A stretch of DNA of 64,000 nt from Psammoneis japonica (lineage: Eukaryota). The notes under the pieces are model-generated. The model saw nothing but the letters and a program-made list of their open reading frames with translations. It did not search any database and was not told the DNA's origin. Made by a program: the position numbers and the translations under genes. The stretch spans positions 248,001 to 312,000 of the forward strand of contig QPGO01000061.1 of NCBI GenBank assembly GCA_008632985.1, read 5' to 3'. Positions 24,901 through 35,421 of this stretch are shown piece after piece. Within the stretch, counting starts at the first letter, position 1. The number at the start of each line of letters is the position of its first letter.

Positions 24901-26719
24901 TGCCAACAAACAGTTGGGCGCTGGTGCAACCAGAGTCGACGGCCGGGGTGTCGGCATGAACGGTGTCAGTGGCGACAGGCTCATTGCGGCGGTGCACATT
25001 AAGGGCGGGGTTGGGTGATTTGCAGGCCTTCCTAAGGTGTGTGCCGGCGGGCATGCGGACGCACTGCGTGGTGCAGTCAAAAGTGCGACGGACCGCATCG
25101 GCAGGGAGGAAGCCAAAGCAAGGCCAAAGAGACTCGAAGGGGGGGTCCTTGGGCTGCACAGTGCGCTCCGGGGGCGGAACGTCGTCGTCCTTGGGGTCAA
25201 TCGCGTGCAGATGACACTCGCAGAACACGTCGTTGTTCGGAATGAGGTGATCATCGAGGGCGGACGCGTGATCGGCAGACAAGGAAGCGGACATGATGGT
25301 CTCGTTGACAACGACACGATGACGGCAGTTGCCGCATTCGTCAAATGGGTTGGCAGTGGGATCATCCTGCAGGTCAGAGATCGCGTCGCACCACTGGTCG
25401 TCATCAGTGACAGAGTGATCGAGGATGGAAGGATCCCATGTGTCATCACCGGTGAGGATGACATGGGGCAGGGTGTCCCATTCGGCATCAGTGCAAGGTC
25501 GCATGGCAACACAAGGCAGGCCGCCCTTGATGTCAATGGGGATGACACAGCCATCAGGAGTGGCAACACGTTGCAAGCCATTGGGCACCTTGACAGAGCG
25601 ATCGTTGACATCCTGTTTGCACCATTCGAGCTGGCCGCAGGAATGAATGGTCTTGCCCTTGCCCGTGTGTGTGCACTGATGGAGGATGGCGATGACAGGA
25701 CCACGCTGGGTCTCAATGACGGCACCAGCGGTGACAACAGGGATGTCCACCAATTGATGGTCGTCAATGCCCTGAACGTCGACTTGGCGAGAGGTGCGTG
25801 CAATGACGTGAACGTCGTCGCCAGCAATGCCGCCGTTGGCCCCACGATCGACTAGAGCACCAGTGCGTGTGGAGCGATGAGCAGAGGCAGAGCAAATGAC
25901 ATTGTGGTTGTCAACGCGGCGGTGAGTGCGGCCGTCAAGTTCCATGTCATTGGAAGGAGCTGGCGGAGCAGAGGGAGCGGCGGATGGCACCGGTCGACCA
26001 GCGTTGGGGGCTTGGTTAGGAGACAACAGACGTTGCAGATCACCGGGTGGCAGTGGCTTGCGCTTGGTGAGGTGCGCCAGGATGGGATCATCCAAAGTGG
26101 CACCCACATTTGGAGCGGGGTCACCAGAGTCAGCAGGAGTCGTGTTGGACAAGTTGACATCACCGTCGCTCCCAAGGCATTGGTCGTGAAGGTTGGCCGC
26201 AATGGACTCATGGCAGTTGCTGGCTCGCGGGTTGTGGGGAGGCGGACGAGAATGCTCAAGGATGATCACCTTGGAGGAATGGGGCAACGAATCCCAAATC
26301 TGTTGGTGGTCGGGAGGGAGACGTTTCCATTGGTCACCGGTGAGGCTGGGACCACGGGTGCAGGCAGCATTGGCCTGAAGGACGTCAATGTCACTGTCAA
26401 TGTCGTAGAACACATCGTCGGATGGTTCCTCGGAGCAGACGTCATGTGCGTGTGTGGCACGTTGGGGAGCTCGAGGTGTCGTCTTGGGTTGAAATGCACT
26501 GTCGCACTGAGCCGCCGCGGAGAGGAGCAAGCCACAGCATTGGTCGCATGTGAGGCTCTTGCCACTCTGCGTACGATGCTGATCAGCTTGGTTCTTGACA
26601 GCACGGAGTTCCTCGACAGGGTGTGCGGCATTCTCGAGCATGACGCGCTTCTGTCCTTCAGAGAAGTGGTCACTGGCCGGGATGAGTGCCTCGCACTTGC
26701 GCAACTCAGACCTTTCCAA
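21930..26719 (-). pseudogene. gag C-terminus plus pol (protease, integrase, RT, RNase H)
   Basis: 1526-aa ORF with LVDRGANGG, VATDT, SEPHQQHQNFAERR, DVKHDGRHKARL, YVDD, DANL and ETAT(C)GSEF. A nonsense TGA at 22139-22141 (KLHK*HTALSFH, expected R) is followed by NPADILSKHW. Confidence 0.93.
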
Positions 26720-27543
26720 GCACCATCACCAAGACGTGCGGTGGTGAGGTGCGTGAGCAAGGTGGAGGACTCGACAGATGCGTGGGTGGAGGCGAGCGCA
26801 TGCTCAGACAAGGCGCGGCAGACGGTCTGGGCGTCAGAAGACCCCACATTTTCGCGAATGAGAGCCTTGCCCTTGTCGGTGAGAAGAATGCGTTCGAAGA
26901 CGGCGAACATGCACTTTTGCTGTGCAGCAAAGAGCAGTTTGTCTTCGGGGCTGGTCGGTTTGTACGACGAGTCTAGAATGCACTCGACGTCTTGGGCATG
27001 GGCTTGTGCCACAAGTGAGGTGTGCCAAGTGTGCCACTGCTTGTCGGATTTGAGAGCCGTGAAAGTGGTGGGGTCACGCTTGATGCCTCGCTTGAAGTCT
27101 CGCACTGGGTCGCGTGCCTTGGTCGGGTTGGTGACATGCGGAGGTGCGAGGGGTGAGCTGCCGATGGACACAGAAGACATGTGGTCGGGGCTGAGGCGGC
27201 AGGCAAGGAACTCGTCATGCGTGAACAACGAGGAGTCATTGGCAATGTCAAGACCTTTGTGTGCTTTGACAATGCACAGACTAACTAGAGCTGCTAACAT
27301 GTTCTTATAACCACGGGGCAAAGGGATCACATTGGTGCCGTTGTCACACTCAAGCGAGTCGATTTGGGACGGCATGAACGTGAACAGTTCTTGATGCGAG
27401 TCCGTGCCGTCTTGGGCCAAAGCCGAACGAAGAGGGCTCCCAGCACCTTGGGCAAGCACGGTTCCAACAACGTGCTCGAAACCATCGGTTTGTGGCTGAC
27501 GAGTGAGAACCATGGCAGACAAAAGTGGTGTCAGGACAAGCAA
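26700..27543 (-). pseudogene. gag N-terminal part
   Basis: FKRGIKRDP, W..WH, Q.CMFAVF..IL.TDKGK and DAQ motifs typical of diatom copia gag. The frame changes near 26712. Confidence 0.8.
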
Positions 27544-28450
27544 TTCTTGTTGGGAAGTGAAGGTGGACTTGAAGCTTGGGTGAGAACAGACTTGACTTGA
27601 AATGGACTTGACTTGAAATCTTGAACTACCTTAAAATCAGAAGTCGCCAGGCTTTGCTGTCCCGTTCGTTGTCAAGTGCTAAACTTCCCATCCGGTCCGT
27701 AGAGTTGTGCCGGCACGTCCGAACCCGCAGCCAGCGGCGCTTTGGGTTGCTTGCGAGCGGAGCAGCGGGTTGTAAACCCCTGCAGGCAAGCTGACCAGAG
27801 GTGGACAAGACCCCCGAACCGTTCTTATTTTGTGTCGGTTGGATTTCCCGATCAGGCTGGCCAGTTGACGCAGGCGTTGGGCACTGTGGACGAACGAACA
27901 AACGCGGGAAAACACCCTTGCCCCAACGCAGGCTGCAATCACGGCTGCTTGCTCTCACAGTTGTCCTCATGGACCTGGCAGAACTGCAGAGCACCAGTGG
28001 TCCGGGGTGGATCAGGTGCAATGGACTCGGTGTGCTTGTGGAGTGGTGGCAAAACCGCAGTCCGAAGAGTGGGCACAAGTTCTTGGCCGTGAAGACATGC
28101 ACACATGCACATGTCTTCAGCAACGAAGACACTTGGACATGTGGGGTTCTTGACCGTCAACCGATGAATGGGCACATCGAGGGATGAGGATCAAGGACAG
28201 ACTTGGATGTGACCGTTGACGCATGTCTTCAGTGATCAAAGGTGGCACAATCAATCCAGACATCCAGCGGCAAGGAGACTTGACGGTGACGTTAAATTCC
28301 TGCCGATGCCTGGCATTGAACACGCGCAGACTTGCCGATGTGTGTAGAGTGCACATGGAGGTCCACGCAGAATTGAAGTGGCGTTGCCGGCAAATCAACG
28401 ACGACGATGGCGGTTGCTCAATGGGTTGACAATGAGCAAGACTGTCAATC

Positions 28451-28726
28451 TGATAGAAATTGAAGGCAAATGGCAAGAATTCAAACAATGACTCCTCACT
28501 GCTGTCTAAATGGCAGATGAGTCTCCACTCAGAGACCGTTGCAGGAGCCGAAAGATGTGCAAGTCAGTGTGGTTGGGCTGCTGTTGTCATTCTTGTGAGC
28601 CTTGTGGCTCGAAAGCAAACTGCATCGCGCACGAACGCGCGGAACCAAAGCACACAAAACTGTGCACGGTAAACTAAACAGCGCGCGACATTTCGCGTGC
28701 ACCCAAATCCTGTTCAAATCCTGTCA
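28451..28726 (-). repeat. 5' LTR
   Basis: Partner of 21649-21924, followed by TSD TTTTC. Confidence 0.95.
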
Positions 28727-31427
28727 TTTTCTTTGCGCTTGATGAACTCATGCAGAGACACAATCATGCCCAAATTGACTTGCCAAAAATGGACATTGAG
28801 GGGTTCGAATTTGGCACTTTTTGACACTTTCTACATGGGTGCGCCAGCAACGGCGCACACTCCCAATGCAGATCCTTGTCAAAATTCACCACCGGACTCA
28901 ATTTGCAGAATTGTTTCCTTCCAGATTAGAGGACTTCAAACTCGAGGCAGATCTCATCTACACTGCTCAGGCTCTGTTTGATCTCGGCCATGTTGTGCCC
29001 AAATGCAACGACAATTGGATGTGCCTTTGTTGTTCAGAACTGATGTTGGTGAGGCTCCATTGCCAAACTGACAATGGAAAGTTGATGAAGAGAATCAAAG
29101 ATGGAGAAGTTAAATTCATTGGGATGAATCCTTGAGGTGTGGTGCAGGCGGCAGCACATGCACTGCATCTGACTCGAAAAGGTGTTGTTGCTGTGCAGAA
29201 GGTAAAATCACACAAAGCATTGTTGTGCATTCATTTGTTGCATTTGGAGTCAGGCTGAGCAAGCTTCGGCAAACAGTTCTGAGTCAGGCTTGAAAGAGAT
29301 CTTTTGGATCTTTGCGAGCTGTCTCTCACATGATGCAGGTGAGCACATTGCACTGGCTTCCCCAAGAATGTTGTGTGCCAAGGCTTTTCATTCTTGGTGG
29401 CTGGCAGTGTGCCAGCAGAGGCAAGCCGCCAATTTAAATCATGCACAGTGTGACAAATTGCTTGCTGCAGTCATGCATTGACCACACAAGGCAGTGTGCA
29501 CACTTGTGCTGCACATCTGTGAACCCTGGTTGGTTTGCTCTAAAGTCCAAAGCCTTTGCCTGTGTCTGGCGGGAAATGCTTGAGATGTCAGCAGATTGCA
29601 AGGATCATGTTGTGTCAATTTTTGTGGGGAACAATTTTTCCAGCTGTTTGAGCTCCTCAAGGTGGGTGAACTGAGTGCATTTTAGATTTTTCAAGAAAAT
29701 GGTTTTGTGCCAGCTCTGGACAGTCCTCATCACATGGGTTGTTTTGTCTTAGATGGAAATTTCTTCATTCATGTTGTGTGGGCGGTTTCATCAGGCAGAC
29801 CTTGCCACATGCCGGGTTGGTGGCCAGGAACACATGTCAGAGCATTGTCTGAGTTGCACGGAGTCAATGGTGGTGTTTGGTTGGGTGGCACAGTCTGGCC
29901 CACCAAGAGGCATGGTGCAGCCACCATTGATCTGTGACAAACAACAGGATGTGCAGGCACATGCACAGCCGCCGCAGCACCCCACACAGAGATGCCTTGT
30001 TCAGCCCCAATCAGATCAGTTGCCGGCTGGCCACCCAGCCATTTCTGGTCCCATCACATGGGATGCAGTGACTTTGAATCATCACAAATGCCAACTTCAA
30101 TTGTGAGGTGCACTTTTTTTATTTTAATTTTTTCTGAACTCTGCAACGTGACTCAAACAACAAAGAAGTCACCACTTGACATTTTGTTTGCCAAAAAACT
30201 TGTCGCACAAAATGCCGTCAGATGCAAAGGTCACAACTGCTGCAAAGCCAAAGGTTGAGAATGTTTGCATTTGCAATTGAGGTGATCTTCTTTGCTTGTT
30301 TGAGGTGCCAATGGTTTTTCTGAAGTCCAAGTGCCACTTCCAGTTGCTCGCATGCCTGCAAAAGCAGGGCACCAACAAACGATTAAAGTTCCACACACTT
30401 CCACTGCCAATTTCCATGAGAGACACATGAGGGCAAGCATGGCCCAACTGTCCAGTCTCTCTCTCTCTCTCTTTTGGCACCTGACAGATTGGACAAAGCA
30501 GCCAATGGTGGGGGCTTGTCAGCACCGAAACAACAAATGCAGACGTGTTCCAGTCCCAGGTGACACACAAAACGACAATCGATTTTGAATATAAATTATG
30601 TATCTATTAGTGTATGGAGTATTTTCATATAAAATACTTAAGCGGATTGGCTTTTATAGGCGTCTAGAGTATGAATAATTATGAAGAATTAAATAGTTTT
30701 TTGTGGGGTGTCAAATTCCTCATGGGATATGTATCATAAACTTCCTCAGTAGACTCAATGCTGATTGTACGTGTGTAGTCTTTATACATAAATTTCTTTG
30801 TAAGTAGAAAATATACTAAAAAGCATTGTAGAAAGATTTATTTAGTTAACATCCAAATAACGGCAATAATTTCGCCGAAAATCATCCGTTGTGTTACGAT
30901 TCGTTTGTCGCAATGAAAAACATTTGTGGCACAATAACAATGATTTTGCAACACTCACACGAGTCTTGTTAGTGTTGCAAAACATTAGAATTTGAATAAA
31001 TCTATACTTTTGGTGGTGAAAAACCGTTCGTAAGTCAGAGACCGCGCAAAAATCGCGCAAATGTCGTTTTTGTGCACGATTTGGGTCACGTGCGGCTGGG
31101 ACACACGGCATTTTGTCGCATTTGGCGACATTTTCTTAAATGAATTGATGATTTGTCGCGAAAAGACGCGAATTGCGACAAAATGTCCGGGTTGGCGATA
31201 AACGGGACAGAAACATTGTTTGGTTAAGTTACAAAATGATTGATGTCATTAACAACCAACCTGCACTTTGGCGATGTCGTTTCAATGAGTGGGGTGATTA
31301 ACAGAATTTGGCGATCGATGTCATCGACGAAATTTCATCTGACAAAATTTGTCGGATGCGACAAAATTTGTCATGTGAGACAAATTTTGTCGGATTTGTC
31401 GGACGTCCGACAAAATTTGTCGGCATC

Positions 31428-31628
31428 CGACAAGACACGACACGACAAGACACGACACGACACGACAAGACACGACACGACACGACAAGACACGACAAGA
31501 CACGACACGACACGACATGTCACGACACGTCACGACACGTCACGACACGACACGTCACGACACGTCACGACACGTCACGACACGTCACGACACGTCACGA
31601 CACGTCACGACATGTCACGACACGACGA
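31428..31628 (+). repeat. Tandem array (CGACA/AGACA 5-mers, then ACGACACGTC 10-mers)
   Basis: Directly visible. Confidence 0.95.
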
Positions 31629-31970
31629 CTCACGAACGAAACACCCACACCCCCCGCCGCACACGCCAACCGCTAACGTCTCTGTTGACACTGTGTCTCT
31701 TTTGCACGATGATGCAAAGCGACGATCATGCCGCTCTCGGCGGTCTCCAATTTTTTGATTTCGAAATTTTGCACCATTGTTCCATGTCCCCGAACATCAT
31801 GCTCTCGTCAACACCGGGACAACATCGTACGCTTCTACACAGTGGAACGGAATGCACCGGCATGCATTGCTGCACTGCACCTTTTGTCAGCAGGCAGCTG
31901 GGGCCTGGCTCTCCACTGGTCTAGCGAGCGGCAGGCGAATCTCGTGGAGACAGTGTTGCAAACGTCCGTC

Positions 31971-32086
31971 TGTCGGCGTTTGTCGGCTCTTGTCGGCTCT
32001 TGTCGGCGTTTGTCGTACATTGTCGGCATTTGTCGGGGTTTGTCGGGGTTTGTCGGGGTTTGTCGGGGTTTGTCGGGGTTTGTCGG
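31971..32086 (+). repeat. Tandem 10-mer array TGTCGGNNTT
   Basis: Directly visible, including consecutive TGTCGGGGTT units. Confidence 0.95.
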
Positions 32087-32402
32087 ATGCAACAAAATTT
32101 GTCGTACGTCGACAAAATTTGTCGCATCCGACAAAATTTGTTGCACGTACAACAAAATCGCCAAAACATCAATTGACAAGTGCAGTCTTCGCCGAAAGTT
32201 AAATTCATCACAAAGCACTGCAGTTGACACAACGTTTGTGTTTAGGACATGCCATCGCCAATTAAATGATGATTTTGTCTCATTCATCGCCAACGATTGA
32301 AATTTGTCTCAAAGGGCATTTTTCACGACAAATCGTCCAATTCATTTGTGGGAATGTCGCAATTGGCGACAAAATGCCGTGTGTCCCTGGAACACGTCTG
32401 CA

Positions 32403-35210
32403 GAGGAAAGAGCGAGCAAGTGTGTGGCTCAAGAAGGACAAAGTGAGTGGCAAGGTGACGAGTCAATTCTTTCAGTGAGCAGCGCCATTTTCTCTTCAAA
32501 GAAGGAACCTCACATGAAGAAAAAAATCAGCAAAAATGAGAAACAATGAAAAGCCATCAAAGCAATTGAAGAGATGATTGAGTTCTGGGATGCAATGAGA
32601 ATCTTCCACAATGGGGTGATCACAGATTGTGAGAGCATGAGCAGCTGTTTTGTTTGGCAGGAGAACAGAGTGGAAACATGATGGGATGGCTTGTTGCTTG
32701 GTCTCAAGGCCACCCTTTGCAGCTGCAAGGACACTGCTCTGTCAGACAAGGGGCTGCTGTGATGAAAGCTCTTTCCAACAATGGGAGCAACCTTTTTGTT
32801 TTCTGCATGGAGAAGGCACACTGGGAGATGATGGGCCATGGTGCATTCTTTCTTGAATGCTGCCAAAGAACATGACAGACCCATCTCCATTTGATTGCCC
32901 AAGCACATGTGGAAGAGTGTGTTGTCCAAAAAGTTGTCAGTGCTTGAGCAGAGGCCAAACTCGACAAACACAGAAAGCACAAAGCGTGCCACAAAACACA
33001 AGGCAGTGCTTCAACTGCTTTTTGCCAAGAGCTCAAGGCAAAATCTGAAAAAGGCAACAACAGAGCATGCATGAAAAAAGAGCAAGAGATCAAGGTTGTG
33101 GAAGTGATGCAATGGACAGCAAGAAGAAGGCAAAGCAACAGACAACAATCACAGCAAATGATGGCAATGCTTGAAATGCAAGCAAGAGAAAATTCTGTTT
33201 TGAGAAACAGCTTCTGCTGCTGTTTTTCATTTGCCTCCAAGTGATGCCCAGGCAGCATTGAGAAAAGTGTGCCCAGCAAACTCAGCATGCAACAATTTGA
33301 GGTCAATGTGGATTTTGTGTGACAGCACCAGAAATGGGTGGCTAGACGGCAACCAATCTGATGAGGATTGAACACATGCCTGTCCATCCTGCTGTTTGTT
33401 GTGGATCTGTGGGCGCAGCTGCAGGCTGTGCTGAGGTGTGGCTCCAACTGATGGGGCCAATTTTTCAACCCTTGCCCATGCTTCACATCATTGTGAGGCA
33501 CTGGCATCACTGCCCACAAACCTTTGTCTGTGCACTGCAGCAAGCCATGACCTCTCTCACGGAAACTCCATGTGTTCATGTGTGATGGACATGTGTGCTC
33601 CCTTGCAGTGCATCCTTCTAACTTCAGCACTGGGCCACAGCTTGACGGCAACTGTCATCAGCACACCCTTGTGTTTGTGTGCATGGCGGAGTGGGTGGTG
33701 TTCCTTGCCATGCAATGCCTGCCTCACAAGGCTGCCACACAGAACATGGGAATTCCCCAACATGGCACCCATGTCTTGGGGAACACTCTCCAGCCTCTCT
33801 GCTGCTCGCCTCCATCCCACCCCACACTCCTCCATCACCACATGTCAAGGGGTTGTGTCAAAAATTGAGGCTTTCCCATCAATGTTGTTGCACTGTGTCA
33901 AGGGCGGGTTCTCATGTCAAAGCAAGTCACCTGACTTGGGCTTCCATTGTGTCACCCAAGAATGTCAGTTGCCCATGTTCTGCAACTGTTTGACACAATC
34001 TCACAAAGACAGATTGCCTTGACACAAACAGAATGATGTCACAATTGCAGTGTCAGCCAATTTGACTGCACTCATCTGGTGCGTCACATGTGCATCACAT
34101 CTGCACTTTTAAATGGGCACCATTTGTGATTTTTCCATTTTGCATTTGCTTGTTGTGCAAAATCTGATGTGTTGCACATTGAGATGCAGAGTTGTTTTGT
34201 TCAAAGCATCAGCCTGTGATTGAGGGACAAAAACGTTGATGGACATCATTCTTGAAAGGTGGATGGACAGTTGGCATGTCCATTTGTGGCAAATTTTGTT
34301 TCCGTCCATGCAGCACACAAACACAAGCAAGAACAGCCACAATGAACTGTCTGAGCACAGATTTGGAACAAGGTCAACAAGCCAGTTCCAAAGTCATTCT
34401 CCAATGACAGAGTGTTGTTGCTCTTTTGTGGGCAACAAGCTGTGTGACATGCGGAGCCTTTTTTCTTGCATCACTTGGCAAGAGCTGACTGCCAAAAGGG
34501 AGTGGGTTGGAATGGACATGATTGTGGCCATGAGAAGTCAGAGAAAATGGGTTGCACAAGACAGCTGATGTTGGAAATGACAAAGTTCTCATCAAACTTC
34601 CCTTGAACAAAAGCACACTCTTGCCATGGTGGGGTCCTTGTTTCAGCAGAATCGTCCACTCAAGGTGGCAACCAGCCCCTGTCTTGGGCAAGTGAAGGCA
34701 CCTGCAAGGGAGAACCTTGACATGTGGTCAAGAGAACTCCCTTGCCTTGCCTTGCACATCATGTGGCATGCATTTCCTGAGTGTGCTGAGGTGTTTCTTG
34801 TTGTGGATGGTGCATGGATGACTTGTCATGTGTCACACAGCACTGACAGCTTGGAAGCATGCAGAGCACTCATCAGAGATCTCTGTGGTGCTTTCTTTCT
34901 GGTCATTCTGCTGTTCTTGTTGTTGGGCAATGCGCTCCACTGGTCCCACACCCCAAGTCTCGGTTCATTGAGGCTTTTCATTTTGACATCACACTGAGCC
35001 TGTTACACACCGGGCATTGCCATGTCTGGAGTTGGAGTTGCCGTGGGCTCACGACCGGGTGTGTTAGACGCATGGTGGGTGGTGGGAGTGGGCATGGGGC
35101 GAGCCTGCATTTTCGAGGGGCCATCCTGGTCTCACACCTAGAACAGTGATTTGTCAGTGTTTCTCTCTCTAGAGCACAGTCATTTGCAACAACAAGCACA
35201 CAAGGATTTG
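32403..35210. repeat. Degenerate TpA/CpG-depleted block
   Basis: Near absence of TA and CG. Family not recognised. Confidence 0.55.
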
Positions 35211-35421
35211 TGCAAACTATTTCAAGATGAATGATTTATGAACAATGCAAAAATGTGAAGCTGTCTGAGCTTCCAGATGAAAAGTAGATACGATGTAAAC
35301 CACCACAATGTTTGTGCACCATCCAAAAACATAGCAATGCAATGTGCCATGCGCACAGTGGCTCCAAGAAATGACGCACTTTTCTTCGATTCTGCCATGT
35401 GCTGCATCTGCATGCAGGGAC

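Larger units (their letters stand above)
21649..28726 (-). mobile_element. Full-length Ty1/copia (CoDi-like) LTR retrotransposon, hypermutated
   Basis: Two 276-bp TG...CA LTRs and a 5-bp TSD TTTTC (21644-21648 and 28727-28731). Domain order is gag-PR-IN-RT-RH, with a purine tract GGGGAG next to the 3' LTR. Confidence 0.97.
31099..32386. mobile_element. Nested MITE with GGACACACGGCATTTTGTCGC TIRs and 3-bp TSD CTG (PIF/Harbinger-like, tentative)
   Basis: Perfect 21-bp TIRs extend imperfectly to ~70 bp. CTG is duplicated at 31096-31098 and 32387-32389. Confidence 0.85.
30542..32398. mobile_element. Non-autonomous DNA transposon (GACGTGTTCCAG termini) carrying a nested element
   Basis: GACGTGTTCCAG at 30542 and CTGGAACACGTC ending at 32398, with a 4-bp TSD TGCA. 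The AT-rich interior retains TpA. Confidence 0.85.

Noticed and set aside
22139..26719. Alternative genetic code or RNA editing as the explanation for Tyr->Cys/His
   Set aside because: Neighbouring host genes use Tyr normally, non-coding LTRs are affected, both strands are hit and the two LTRs differ.
22937..27310. Long plus-strand ORFs (223-477 aa) antisense to the copia gag-pol
   Set aside because: Shadow frames kept open by TpA depletion.
28425..28450. Primer-binding site next to the 5' LTR
   Set aside because: The sequence (GATTGACAGTCTTGCTC on the minus strand) is not a recognisable tRNA-Met PBS and may be mutated; no tRNA assigned.
21649..28726. Plain CpG deamination or classical RIP as the sole cause of CA/TG excess
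   Set aside because: CpG is still abundant here while TpA is lost, and RIP would increase TpA. CpG decay contributes (e.g. CGA->TGA at 22139) but cannot convert Tyr codons.
31428..32086. Regular short repeats resembling a CRISPR or telomere array
   Set aside because: No unique spacers, eukaryotic context, and they lie inside a TIR-bounded element.
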